Source: Candidatus Poribacteria bacterium
GTDB taxonomy: Bacteria > Poribacteria > WGA-4E > WGA-3G
Direction: 5' to 3'
Length of the DNA stretch: 64,000 bases
NCBI GenBank assembly: GCA_965198235.1
Contig: OZ240248.1
Span: forward strand, 3,872,001 to 3,936,000
Part shown: positions 28,325-38,641 of the stretch, one piece after another
Position numbering within the stretch: the stretch's first letter is position 1
How the letters are laid out: every line of letters begins with the position of its first letter
Position numbers and translations under genes: made by a program
The notes under the pieces: model-generated
Database searches by the model: none
What the model saw: only the letters and a program-made list of their open reading frames with translations
Told to the model about the DNA's origin: nothing

Positions 28325-29260
28325 TTAATCGTTAAGAAATTGTGAATCCACACTCATCACCTCAGCGAAAATATCCTCTAACGTATGTTTCACCCCACGG
28401 AGCTGGCGAAGCTGGACACCTGTATCATAAGCGATTTTGAAGAAGAATGTTGTTTCCGTCTGTTCCCGACTTCCGGACGTAACCCGCAGGCGTTTATCGG
28501 GATGTAGTTCAACCTGAAAGTTATGGCGTTCCAAAGCGGTGATATAAGCCTCGCTGTCACCTACAATCTTCAGATCGAAAGATTGTCCCTTGTTCTTTTT
28601 GAGTGCTTGTATCTGTCCTTGGATAGCAACACTACCGTGTGATAGGGCAACAATCTCTTGACATGCGAACTCCACATCGGGGAGCAGATGCGAGGATAAG
28701 ATGACGTTGATGTTTTTGTCGGTTGCTATGTCTTTGACGAGTTCGAGCATCTCTTCTCTACCACTTGTATCCATCCCGTTTGTGGGTTCGTCGAGAAGTA
28801 GCAGCTTCGGATCGTGTACTAATGCCTGTGCTAACTTTACACGCTGTTTCATACCTGTGGAGTATCCGTCCACTGGTCGATATCGTTCTTCATCTAAGCC
28901 GACGTAATAGAGGACCTCGTGTGCGCGTTGCAACGCATCTCGCCTCGGCATTCCACAGAGTTCTCCGGCATAAGAGACGAGTTGGACAGCGTTCATACCC
29001 GGAATTAAACATTCATCTTCCGGCATGTACCCAACCTGCTTCCGAATTTCCATTGGGTTCGCCTGCACATCCAGCCCGAACACAGTGGCTGTGCCTTGAT
29101 TCGGTTTAAGGAACCCGAGTAGTGTTTTAATCAAAGTACTTTTCCCAGCTCCATTCGGTCCGAGTAAACCGACAGCCCCTCCTTGTACCTGCAGTGAGAG
29201 GTTGTCCAATGCAGTTATCGTGCCAAATAAAAGTGATACATTCTTTAATTCAATCAACAT
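28325..29260 (-). CDS. ABC transporter ATP-binding protein (ABC-2 type)
   Basis: GPNGAGKS, YSTGM signature, LLLDEP, SSH. Confidence 0.93.
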   Translation of the reverse strand: MLIELKNVSLLFGTITALDNLSLQVQGGAVGLLGPNGAGKSTLIKTLLGFLKPNQGTATVFGLDVQANPMEIRKQVGYMPEDECLIPGMNAVQLVSYAGELCGMPRRDALQRAHEVLYYVGLDEERYRPVDGYSTGMKQRVKLAQALVHDPKLLLLDEPTNGMDTSGREEMLELVKDIATDKNINVILSSHLLPDVEFACQEIVALSHGSVAIQGQIQALKKNKGQSFDLKIVGDSEAYITALERHNFQVELHPDKRLRVTSGSREQTETTFFFKIAYDTGVQLRQLRGVKHTLEDIFAEVMSVDSQFLND

Positions 29261-29429
29261 TTTTTAATTATGGTAACTCGTTCTGGTCTTTCCGTTGTCA
29301 AGACCAGCGATTTTTGATGAGATTTGTACCTCTTCGCGAACGGGTACGTGATTTATTGAGTTAACGATAAGAACTTAACAGAGACCGTTTTCGGTTCTCA
29401 CTGCAAAGCAGAACGAAAACGAACGAGCG

Positions 29430-30515
29430 TTAATGGTTAAAATATCTTTTTACACGGGTGCCTATCTGCGTTAAGATTTCATAAGAAATAGTTCCAGCGC
29501 GCTGGGCAATTTCGTCAACCGTGATTTCCGCGTCCCCTTGTTTCCCTACCAGCACGACTTCATCACCAATGGCTACTTTATCAGCAGGTTCCAACTGCAC
29601 CACGCTCACGTCCATGCAAACCCTTCCGATTATCGGGCGGCACATCCCACCAATCAACACTTCACCGATACCGGAGAGTGAGCGAGGATAACCGTCACCG
29701 TAGCCTATCTGCACCATTGCCACGTGGGTTTGATAGAGGGCTTTGTATGTCAATCCGTAACTTACACCCTCCCCCCCTGAAATAGAGCCTGTCCAACCAA
29801 TACGCGCCTTCCATGTAAGAGCCGGTTGTAGTGGGATGGGTTTTTCAGTTCCGGGATAGATACCGTACAGACTCAAACCGGGACGGACTGCGTCGAAATG
29901 GGATTCAGGAACCGCCAGCGATGCTGCGCTGTTCGCCACATGAACCATTTTCCCGCTATTGTTCGCAAGTACAGACGAAAACCGCTTCAACTGAACAGAA
30001 ACAAAACTTTTATCAACCTCATCCGCAGTAGCAAGATGTGTGAAAAGCCCCTCGACTTCAAGTCGCTGCAGCGTCTTCAATCTACTCAGAAACTGAGGTG
30101 CTTCTGTATAGCACACACCACTCCGATTCATTCCGGTGTTGACATTGACGTGAACCTTTGTAGGTGCGGCCTCTGAAGCGACCTTATTCAATGTCGTTGC
30201 AAATTCCCAGTCCCCGATCGTTGGCGTTAGGCTGGATTCAACGATTTGTTCAACCTGCGTAGGTAAGCAACTAAAGAGAATCAGAATCGGTTTGCGAATC
30301 CCCGCTTGACGCAGCGCAATTCCTTCTTCAACCGTTGCGACTGCAAACATATCAGCGACTGGACGCAGCGTTTCTGCTACAGGCACCGCTCCATGTCCAT
30401 AAGCATCTGCTTTCACGACCGCAATCAACTGTTTACCCGTGTGTCTCTTTATTGCTTCAGCATTATGTTTGATTGCCAGCAGATCGATTTCTGTGTGTGT
30501 TCGGAAATAGGGCAT
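29430..30515 (-). CDS. alr: Alanine racemase
   Basis: AVVKADAYGHG, TGMNR, GYGDG, GRVCMD. Confidence 0.96.
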   Translation of the reverse strand: MPYFRTHTEIDLLAIKHNAEAIKRHTGKQLIAVVKADAYGHGAVPVAETLRPVADMFAVATVEEGIALRQAGIRKPILILFSCLPTQVEQIVESSLTPTIGDWEFATTLNKVASEAAPTKVHVNVNTGMNRSGVCYTEAPQFLSRLKTLQRLEVEGLFTHLATADEVDKSFVSVQLKRFSSVLANNSGKMVHVANSAASLAVPESHFDAVRPGLSLYGIYPGTEKPIPLQPALTWKARIGWTGSISGGEGVSYGLTYKALYQTHVAMVQIGYGDGYPRSLSGIGEVLIGGMCRPIIGRVCMDVSVVQLEPADKVAIGDEVVLVGKQGDAEITVDEIAQRAGTISYEILTQIGTRVKRYFNH

Positions 30516-30719
30516 CTCGTTTTCTAACTTTTTAAACTATGGGCTCCTGGGCATCACTTCGCTTCGCGATGGTTTTCGGTTAATTCCGACGCGACTGGAG
30601 ATATGTACGATTCTTAAAATTCTGCTTCCGATACACATTCGTTTTTGCATAAGTTCTAAAAATTATACCACAACTTACACAAATTTACGAATGGTTTCAA
30701 ATCTTCGCTAATAGCCGTG

Positions 30720-31508
30720 CTATTGTGCCTCCTGTTTTTGGGAGGAGGTAGCATCCCCTTGGAACCACAAGAATAGCAGGATAAATACAATTGAGTTCGC
30801 CAACAGCATCGTTGAGATAGCGTTAATCTTCGGCGTAATCCCGAACTTCAGTAGCGAATAGATATGTACAGACAGCGTCGTGTAACCAACACCAGCGGTA
30901 AAGAAGGTGATAACAAAATCATCAATGGAGAGCGTAAATGCGAGCAAAGCGCCACCGATAATTCCCGGGGCAATGAGCGGAAGTGTTATCTGCCAAAATG
31001 TCTGCCATTCGTTCGCACCGAGGTCACGGGCTGCCTCTTCTAATGTGTTATCGTAACCTTGTAGGCGCGCCCGCACGACAATAGTAACATAAGCGATGTT
31101 GAAAACACCGTGTGCGATAATTACAGTGATTAAGCCGAGTGGAATACGCACTTGCACGTAAAAGGTCAACAATGCAATCGCCAACACGATGTCTGGAATA
31201 ATAATAGGGAGATAGAGCACTCGAACAAGAGCGGTTCGGAAGCGGAAGCGGTGTCGTTCTATAGCAAGTGCCGCCGCCGTACCGATAACGGTAGCGATAA
31301 CAGTTGCAACACCTGCCACCATCAAGCTATTTCGACAAGCGCGCCACAACGCTGCATCCTCAAACAGCCTCGCATACCAACCGAACGTAAAACCTTCCCA
31401 CACAGAGATATGCTCTCCGCTGTTGAATGAGAACACCACAACCGCTAAAATCGGCATATATAAAAAGAGGTAAACCAATCCTATGTTGGCTTCAAGAACC
31501 CGTTTCAT
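30720..31508 (-). CDS. potC: Spermidine/putrescine ABC transporter permease PotC-like
   Basis: FLYMP, LEEAARDLGA, SIDDF. Confidence 0.88.
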   Translation of the reverse strand: MKRVLEANIGLVYLFLYMPILAVVVFSFNSGEHISVWEGFTFGWYARLFEDAALWRACRNSLMVAGVATVIATVIGTAAALAIERHRFRFRTALVRVLYLPIIIPDIVLAIALLTFYVQVRIPLGLITVIIAHGVFNIAYVTIVVRARLQGYDNTLEEAARDLGANEWQTFWQITLPLIAPGIIGGALLAFTLSIDDFVITFFTAGVGYTTLSVHIYSLLKFGITPKINAISTMLLANSIVFILLFLWFQGDATSSQKQEAQ

Positions 31509-31509
31509 A

Positions 31510-31652
31510 TTTTAATTTTGCCCTAACGGGAGTTGTCAGGTTGCCTTAGGCAGTGAACAATGCCTTCAAATATCCGCCTTCGCTTTCGGCTACAGGCTAT
31601 AGTCCTTGGTTAAGTTTTTTAGTTTGTCCTAACCGGGGCTGTCAGGTTGCCC
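31510..31652 (-). repeat. Repeat element of the 8.5 kb/35 kb family; tandem partial copy overlaps the potB stop codon
   Basis: Minus strand gtagccgaaagcgaaggcgga...; ggcaacctgaca...gttagg occurs twice. Confidence 0.6.
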
Positions 31653-32486
31653 TTCATTCTGTTGTAAAGAGCGAAAGTATAACACAGTTCCGACCAGAAC
31701 GATGCCCATCAGCATGAACGAGAGTGCAGAGCCAAAGGGCCAATCTCGCGATGTTTTGAATTGTCTCTCAATAACGTTCCCGATATAACTCACTTTTCCG
31801 CCGCCGAGAAGATCAGGCGTTAGAAATGCACCTACCGTCGGAATAAAAACCAGCATCGATCCAGCAAGGATACCGGGTAGGCTGAGCGGCACGGTTACGT
31901 GCCAAAACGCGCGCCTCGGCGATGCGCCTAAGTCTTGTGCGGCTTCTAACAACGACAAATCTAATTGCTCCAAAGCCGCATATAGTGGGAGTATCATAAA
32001 GGGTAGGTATCCGTAAACGAGCCCTATTTGGACGGCGAGTGGGGTATTCAGCAGTTCTAATGGACTCCAATTCGGAAGAACTGCTCCCAAGAGGCTGTTC
32101 AGGAGTCCTTCTGTCCGCAAAATCAGTATCCACGCGTAGGTTCGAATGAGGAAGTTCGTCCAAAACGGGACAACGACGAGCAGTAACAAAATATTTCTAT
32201 GTTTCGGTTTGTAGCGCGCCAGATAATAGGCGAATGGATAACCGAGGAGTAGACAGATCGCAGTGCAGATCAAGGCTGTCGATACCGAACGCCAGAGGAT
32301 ACCGAGATAGAGTCCATCGAACAGACGATGATAGTTTTCCAATGTGAAGTGCCACTGTACCCCGCCGTAGGTCCCACGTTCCAAAAAACTGTAGATAAAC
32401 ACCGACACGAGCGGAAGCAGAAAGAAGCAGACAAGCCAAAAGACGACGGGGAAAAGGAGGATAAGGAGGTGGTAATTACGACGCAT
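31629..32486 (-). CDS. potB: Spermidine/putrescine ABC transporter permease PotB-like
   Basis: PFWTNFLIRTYAW, LLEAAQDLGA, DWPFGSA. Confidence 0.9.
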   Translation of the reverse strand: MRRNYHLLILLFPVVFWLVCFFLLPLVSVFIYSFLERGTYGGVQWHFTLENYHRLFDGLYLGILWRSVSTALICTAICLLLGYPFAYYLARYKPKHRNILLLLVVVPFWTNFLIRTYAWILILRTEGLLNSLLGAVLPNWSPLELLNTPLAVQIGLVYGYLPFMILPLYAALEQLDLSLLEAAQDLGASPRRAFWHVTVPLSLPGILAGSMLVFIPTVGAFLTPDLLGGGKVSYIGNVIERQFKTSRDWPFGSALSFMLMGIVLVGTVLYFRSLQQNEGQPDSPG

Positions 32487-32518
32487 TTTCTTTTAGGGTT
32501 TGGGTGTGATAGCGAAAT

Positions 32519-33049
32519 TTAGTCTTCCTGTCGTCTTTCATACAGATCGCGAATATACTCCTCACAGATAAATTCAACTTCCAATCCGTTTCTAATGAGT
32601 TCCTCTCGAAACCCGTACCACTGGCTATCGGATGCTTGCAAAAGAGTTGTCTTCTGTTGATAAGCGTTTTCATACGCAAGTGCTACGGCAATAAATTTCC
32701 GGTCATCTGGATCAAAATTACTGAGTGCTGGGTCGTCTGGAAACTCTTCAAAATCTGTTCCATTTCCACCCAACGGTGTGATTGACACCATTGTGCAAAT
32801 CTCTGGATTCTTCAGATTCTGCAGCAACCTTTTTACAAAGACATCGCCAACTCCTTTTTTTCGGGCGTTTGGATTCACATTGTCCTCATACTCTCCCAAA
32901 ATTCGCCATCTGTCGTCAATAACTACCTTTTCAGGTTGATCGAAAATTTGCTCAAGTCGATCTTGGCATCGGTCTCTACAATCCGCCCTTTTGTCATCCG
33001 TATCATTTGCAATGACGATAACGTTCGTATCCACGATAACAGCGTCCAT
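32519..33049 (-). CDS. PIN-domain protein
   Basis: VDTNV, EY, DPDDRKFIAVA and SD acidic motifs; TAATG coupling to upstream ATPase. Confidence 0.8.
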   Translation of the reverse strand: MDAVIVDTNVIVIANDTDDKRADCRDRCQDRLEQIFDQPEKVVIDDRWRILGEYEDNVNPNARKKGVGDVFVKRLLQNLKNPEICTMVSITPLGGNGTDFEEFPDDPALSNFDPDDRKFIAVALAYENAYQQKTTLLQASDSQWYGFREELIRNGLEVEFICEEYIRDLYERRQED

Positions 33050-34371
33050 TAACCCCCCACTCTCTTTTGACGTTCTCTTTGTGCTTTAGTCATGGCAAAC
33101 AAGTCGCCCATCTCGTCCCCAAAAAAGTTTGGTGGCCAATTCTTGATGTTCCCAAGTTCATCCATATCTAACTTTTCAATTGTGGAAACACCTTCATCGT
33201 TCCTACAAAAATAGAGAGCAGTTTTATCAACGTTAATCTTTTCCTCAGCGATTCGACGTTGTAACCGGTTTAATAGGTGCTCACTATGGCTCTCTATGAG
33301 GATCTGAAGTTTCCTTTCCATGACAATCTCTATAAGCAAATCTGCGACTTGAGATTGAACCTTCGGATGGAGGTGCATGCCGGGCTGTTCCAGAATGAGA
33401 GTAGAATCTTCTGGGGCATAATAGCAATGCACTAACACCGGCAAAAATTGCGCTAATCCGTACCCCATGTCTGCCAATGTTACTTTAGCACTGTTAGGAC
33501 CTTTTTGAATGAGAACATCAAAGTCTCGATCAACCTGTGCATTAGTTCGCTTGATTGAAAAGGAATAAGCAAGATCCGTTTCTTGAAGCCACGCTGATAT
33601 TCGCTCTTCAATAGGCACTCTTTTACCTTCATAAAGGGTTGTTTGTTGATCTACGCGCGCGTTAAGTAGTGCTGCAATCATATCTTCACCGGTTTGTCCT
33701 ACACTGTCAGGATCTGTCCCTTCCCAGTGATAGGAGCGTTTCGATTGGACACGGGTCGGACCGAGTGGATAAACGTGATTAAATAGATTCTCAAACTCAG
33801 TGGAAAGAGGAAGTAAAAAATCAACGTACCCGTTTTTTGGAGGACCATAACACTTGGCAACACTGACGGTGCCTCTTTGCCTATTTCCATGGTAAAGCTT
33901 TCCATTTTCCCATTTTATTTTCTCAACCTCCTTGGGGCCAACAGTGTAAGAAAAATGATTAATAGACACGCCACCGATATTTCCGCGAATGGCAGTGTCA
34001 AAAGTGAAACTATCAATATCCAACGGAGCAAATTCATAACGCTGCATATACTTATCAATTTCTTGAAGAGTGGTGATAGTTAATGGTTTTTGGAGTTGGC
34101 ACCCAAATTCTAACTCAAGCAATTCCTCGTCTTTGTGTTCGTGAATGACTTCACGAAAATTACCAAGATTGACAAGAGAATTTTCGTTTCCGAAGAAGAT
34201 AACTTCCGCTGAATCTGGACGTTCCGCCGTTTGCTTCAGCAGCAACAACATCTGCAACAGACTGCTCTTGCCAGAACTATTGGTCCCAAAAAACCCTGTC
34301 AACGGCGCAAGTTCCACCTTACCGCTGTCTTGCCATGCTTTGAAGTTTTGCACTCTGATATGCGTAATCAT
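33049..34371 (-). CDS. AAA_15/AAA_21 ABC-type ATPase with DUF3696-like C-terminus
   Basis: NFKA, GTNSSGKS, MGYG signature, LEQP.MHLHP, ESHSEH, NWPPNFFGD. Confidence 0.88.
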   Translation of the reverse strand: MITHIRVQNFKAWQDSGKVELAPLTGFFGTNSSGKSSLLQMLLLLKQTAERPDSAEVIFFGNENSLVNLGNFREVIHEHKDEELLELEFGCQLQKPLTITTLQEIDKYMQRYEFAPLDIDSFTFDTAIRGNIGGVSINHFSYTVGPKEVEKIKWENGKLYHGNRQRGTVSVAKCYGPPKNGYVDFLLPLSTEFENLFNHVYPLGPTRVQSKRSYHWEGTDPDSVGQTGEDMIAALLNARVDQQTTLYEGKRVPIEERISAWLQETDLAYSFSIKRTNAQVDRDFDVLIQKGPNSAKVTLADMGYGLAQFLPVLVHCYYAPEDSTLILEQPGMHLHPKVQSQVADLLIEIVMERKLQILIESHSEHLLNRLQRRIAEEKINVDKTALYFCRNDEGVSTIEKLDMDELGNIKNWPPNFFGDEMGDLFAMTKAQRERQKRVGG

Positions 34372-34589
34372 TTTCTTGCCTCCATGTTAACCCTATTATA
34401 CGCATTTTCAAGCGAAAGCGCAACGAAAACCTGAATTGCAGAGTGACCCCAATCCTCAAATGTTAATCTCTTATTTGAGACTCTCACCCAATTTTTGTTT
34501 GATTGGAAACATAAAGTAGGATAAACTATTTTTGCGTCTGGTACTGATGTGCTTGCTACAGAAATACTTACAATTACCGATAGGGTGCA

Positions 34590-34676
34590 GTGGCGAGGTT
34601 AGGAAACCTCGCCAGCGATGAAGTGAACGCGTAAATCTCACTATAGTTAGGTTTCATTATGTTCAATCCAACCTAC
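34590..34676. repeat. REP-like repeats
   Basis: ggcgaggttaggaaacctcgccagcg (inverse of 19459-19485); taggttt...caacctacg. Confidence 0.6.
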
Positions 34677-34720
34677 GAAAAATAAATTACAAAAAACCAC
34701 AACTTAAAAGGAGACGGACA

Positions 34721-34981
34721 TTGGAAAAGATTCGTGAACTGATTTCTCTGTTGGAATCCGGGGTTGAGGATTACGATGCTCAGTTAAAGGTCCTACAGAC
34801 AGAACGGCTGAAATATATTCGACTCTCAATGACAGATGGGTTTGGAAGTGAGGAAGGCGATTCTAAAGAGTCATGGCTGCTGCACCTCAAGCAGCTGGAG
34901 GACTCTCTCATGCTCCGACGAAACAGTATACGACAGGCGATTCGACAAACCGCAGAGGATATTCAGAAAGAAGAAAAATGA
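34721..34981 (+). CDS. Small helical hypothetical protein
   Basis: AAGGAG RBS before TTG start; 86 aa with coiled-coil character. Confidence 0.6.
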   Translation: MEKIRELISLLESGVEDYDAQLKVLQTERLKYIRLSMTDGFGSEEGDSKESWLLHLKQLEDSLMLRRNSIRQAIRQTAEDIQKEEK

Positions 34982-35000
34982 AAAAATACAAACGAAAATG

Positions 35001-35087
35001 TAGCCTGAAACGTAGTGGAAGGCGGATCTACGGAGAGGCTATTTATTCATTCAACTTACCTGACCGAACCGCAAGGAAACATTAAAA
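35001..35087 (+). repeat. Copy of the 8.5 kb repeat family directly before a start codon
   Basis: gtagcctgaaacgtagtggaaggcggatctacgga ... ccgaaccgcaagga..attaaaaATG. Confidence 0.75.
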
Positions 35088-38000
35088 ATGATATTTAGAT
35101 TCGCGTCTCTTGATACGAGAAAACGAGTGAAGTGTGTGCTGCTGCTAACGGGGTTCTTTGCTATCTGGGCAGTAAATGCCCAGGAAATGGACAGCCCCCA
35201 AATCATTGAAGAGGCGATCCGGCATCAGAATTTAGGGTTAGCATATCTCGAAGAATCACAGCCGTCAAAGGCGGTCGAGGCATTTACAGCACTTATTGAA
35301 CTACTCCCAAATGAAGCAATCGGTTACGGAAACCTCGCTGTCGCACACTTGCGCTTACAGCAGGCGGATGCCGCTGAGGAATGGGTCAAGCGCGGCATCG
35401 CTGTTGCGCCGATGGACAGCCAGTTGCACTTCATCCTGTCTGAGGTCTATCAACTACAAGGACAGAGCGAATTAGCCCTGGAGGCGATGAAGGAAGCCGT
35501 ACGGTTGGCACCCGATGAGTTAGAGTTCCGTTATAAACTGGTTCGTCACTATCTTGCACAACGCAAAAATCCAGAGGCACAGCAGGAAGCAGTTCGACAT
35601 CTGCAGGAGCTCCATACCCGCTCGCCGGTAAATGTTGTCGTGCTATTGAAATTGACACAAGGGCTTTTGGCGCAGGAGAAACTTGAAGATGCAGAAAGTC
35701 TTTGTCAGGAGTTGATGCTCCTTTTAGGTGATACTGACGCAGAAAAACTGAAATATCTAACACAAGGAATAGCCGCGTTACAACAGGGTGACCTAAAGAT
35801 CGCTACGCGAAACATCAGAATTTTTGAGAACGTGCATCGAGCAAGCCCGCGTTATCAGCAAGGTATTGGCGAATTGGTAACCGATATCCTTGGGCATCCG
35901 ATAGAGACGTTTAGTCCAGGATTCAAGGCTCGGATTACAGCCAAACAGAGCACACCAATTACAGTAGATTTTGTGGATGTTACCGAACGACTTGGGCTTG
36001 ATGAGATAAGCACGCCTGCAGAAGCATCTGCCGCTATATCTTTAATTGATTACGATGGCGATGGGAATCTGGATCTGTATATCGCATCAGCTGGTCGGCT
36101 TCTTCGGAACACAGGTGAAAATTTTATGCCTATCCAACAGTTTGAAAGCGATCTCAGTCAACACACTGTTGCGTTCGCGGATCTCAATAAAGATGGGACA
36201 CAAAACTTCCTATTGCCACCTCACGACGCGATAACATACCTACGAATGGATGCAGAGGGCAATTGGAAAACATCTTCACTCATTGAAAATGAACAGACAG
36301 CAGACGAAACAGAGGTCCTTTTCCCTATTGATTTTGACCACGATGGCGATTTGGATCTCTTTTCAGGTCGAGTCAATACCACAATGTTTCGAAATAACGG
36401 CAATGATAAAGGCAATGTAACGTTCACCGATGTTGGTGAGCAGACCTTTGTATTGACAGATACGGATGAGGGTTCTTCCGTCCAGCGCATACCTGCTGAA
36501 GCAGTGTCCGCCGATTTTGATGATGACGGGGATATAGACATCTTTGTGATACATAAAGGAATGGGATGCACGCTTTACGATAATCTCCGTCAAGGAAAAC
36601 TCCGGGCAGTTTCTAATGAAACAGGAATTCCTCAGGATGTACGTTATATCGCAGTTGTTGCCGGTGATTATGACAACGATGGCGATATTGACCTCTTCTT
36701 GGCTACATCAGATCGTATCCACCTCTATCGGAATAGAGGAGATGGGGATTTTGTTGACGCACCGAGTTCAGAGACGAGTGTCCTTGATTCGCCGCCTACT
36801 CTGTTGAGAAATATAGATTATGATAACGATGGGGCTGTTGATGTCTGGGTTGGTGGAGATAAGGGGATGTTCCTGTTTCGGAACGATGGGACTGGGACTT
36901 TTATGGAACCGTACCCCTTAATAGAATCGGTCACACCGATGGGCGATCCGATTCTCCAGAGCGCAATTGCTGGTGCAGTCGGCGATTATGACAACGATGG
37001 CGATCTGGACATCTTTTTCATCAATGCCGAAGGACAACTTCGTGCATTGCAAAACGACGGTGGGAATCAAAACAACTGGATACAGGTACGGTTGGAAGGT
37101 ATCACTGCTGGGAATAACAAAGTTAATAGAGACGGCATCGGCTCGAAACTGGAAGTGAAGGTCGGGGATCTGTATCAACTACAATATGTAACGGGACAGG
37201 TATCCCATTTCGGATTGGGGGCATTTGACACGGCGGATGTCGTTCGCGTCGTCTGGACAAACGGTGTTCCACAGAACGTTGTTAAACCACAAGTGAGACA
37301 GCGAATTTTGGAAAAACAGGTATTGAAAGGTTCTTGTCCATTTCTATATGTTTACGATGGTGAACACTATCAATTCGTCACAGATCTGCTCTGGCGTGCA
37401 CCGTTGGGACTCGTTACGTCGATGGGGTTCGTCGCGCCTGATGAAACAAAGGATTTCGTAAAGATATCGGGAACGCAAATGCAACCGAAGTCCGGCAAAT
37501 ATTCCATTCAGATTACGGAGGAATTGTGGGAAACCGCCTATTTTGATGAGGTTAAGCTGATAGCGGTCGATCACCCTGCTGATACCGATATTTTTGTGAA
37601 TGAACAGTATATACCTCCACCCTTTGCAGAATTCAAGGTTTATGGTGTCGCAGAAAAACGGTTCCCAAAATCTGCTGTCGATCATTATGGTGAAGATGTA
37701 TCCAATGCTTTAACGGCGTTCGATTACCGCTACGCTGTTGAACATGCTCCCGGTGCCTACCAAGGCGTTGTGGAACCGCATGCCATTGTCCTTGACCTTG
37801 GCAATGTGCCAAACGACAAACCACTGACGCTTTTCCTCGGTGGGTGGATCTTTCCGACGGATACCAGCATCAATGTCGCCCTATTCCAGAATCCAGCAAT
37901 TAATCCACGTTTCCCTTCGGTTGCTGTGGAGGACGAGACAGGTGAATGGAAAACCGTTATTGATATGATTGGACTTCCTGCGGGGAAAAACAAAACGATC

Positions 38001-38609
38001 ACCGTTGACCTGACGGGTAAATTTCTATCGGATGATCGGCGCGTTCGGATTGAGACGGATATGCAGATTTACTGGGACACGGCGTTTTTCACCGTCGGCA
38101 CACAGGCAGTCCCAATGGAAATGACAACATTGAACCCCGATAGCGCGGATTTACACTACCGAGGCTTTTCTGAGATGTACCGTCCGAACCCACATGCCCC
38201 GCACCTGTTTGATTACCAAAAGGTTACAAAGGCTGCACAGTGGCGAGACTTGGCGGGGTATTACACCCGTTACGGCGATGTCGCTCCGTTATTGCAGGAG
38301 GTTGACGACATGTACGTTATCCTCAATGCGGGGGACGAGATCACAGTGGAATTTGAAGCCTCACGCTTGCCACCATTAAAAGCAGGATGGGTGCGCGATT
38401 TTATCCTCTATAGCGATGGATGGGATAAGGACGGCGACATCAATACGCTCACATCGCAAACGGTTGAACCCCTACCGTTTCATGGGATGTCCAGCTATCC
38501 GTATCCAGATACTGAACACTATCCCAACGATGAAGCGTATCAACGGTATCGGCTTGAATATAATACGCGACGTGTCGAACACCGATTGCCACCGTTAGAC
38601 ACTTTTTAA
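35088..38609 (+). CDS. Secreted TPR + FG-GAP/VCBS + ASPIC/UnbV (CRTAC1-like) protein
   Basis: N-terminal TPRs, many D.D.DGD.D repeats, NRDGIG, HFGLG, GSCPFLY. Confidence 0.9.
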   Translation: MIFRFASLDTRKRVKCVLLLTGFFAIWAVNAQEMDSPQIIEEAIRHQNLGLAYLEESQPSKAVEAFTALIELLPNEAIGYGNLAVAHLRLQQADAAEEWVKRGIAVAPMDSQLHFILSEVYQLQGQSELALEAMKEAVRLAPDELEFRYKLVRHYLAQRKNPEAQQEAVRHLQELHTRSPVNVVVLLKLTQGLLAQEKLEDAESLCQELMLLLGDTDAEKLKYLTQGIAALQQGDLKIATRNIRIFENVHRASPRYQQGIGELVTDILGHPIETFSPGFKARITAKQSTPITVDFVDVTERLGLDEISTPAEASAAISLIDYDGDGNLDLYIASAGRLLRNTGENFMPIQQFESDLSQHTVAFADLNKDGTQNFLLPPHDAITYLRMDAEGNWKTSSLIENEQTADETEVLFPIDFDHDGDLDLFSGRVNTTMFRNNGNDKGNVTFTDVGEQTFVLTDTDEGSSVQRIPAEAVSADFDDDGDIDIFVIHKGMGCTLYDNLRQGKLRAVSNETGIPQDVRYIAVVAGDYDNDGDIDLFLATSDRIHLYRNRGDGDFVDAPSSETSVLDSPPTLLRNIDYDNDGAVDVWVGGDKGMFLFRNDGTGTFMEPYPLIESVTPMGDPILQSAIAGAVGDYDNDGDLDIFFINAEGQLRALQNDGGNQNNWIQVRLEGITAGNNKVNRDGIGSKLEVKVGDLYQLQYVTGQVSHFGLGAFDTADVVRVVWTNGVPQNVVKPQVRQRILEKQVLKGSCPFLYVYDGEHYQFVTDLLWRAPLGLVTSMGFVAPDETKDFVKISGTQMQPKSGKYSIQITEELWETAYFDEVKLIAVDHPADTDIFVNEQYIPPPFAEFKVYGVAEKRFPKSAVDHYGEDVSNALTAFDYRYAVEHAPGAYQGVVEPHAIVLDLGNVPNDKPLTLFLGGWIFPTDTSINVALFQNPAINPRFPSVAVEDETGEWKTVIDMIGLPAGKNKTITVDLTGKFLSDDRRVRIETDMQIYWDTAFFTVGTQAVPMEMTTLNPDSADLHYRGFSEMYRPNPHAPHLFDYQKVTKAAQWRDLAGYYTRYGDVAPLLQEVDDMYVILNAGDEITVEFEASRLPPLKAGWVRDFILYSDGWDKDGDINTLTSQTVEPLPFHGMSSYPYPDTEHYPNDEAYQRYRLEYNTRRVEHRLPPLDTF

Positions 38610-38641
38610 ACGATTGAATAACGATGCCCAGATTCCTATAG

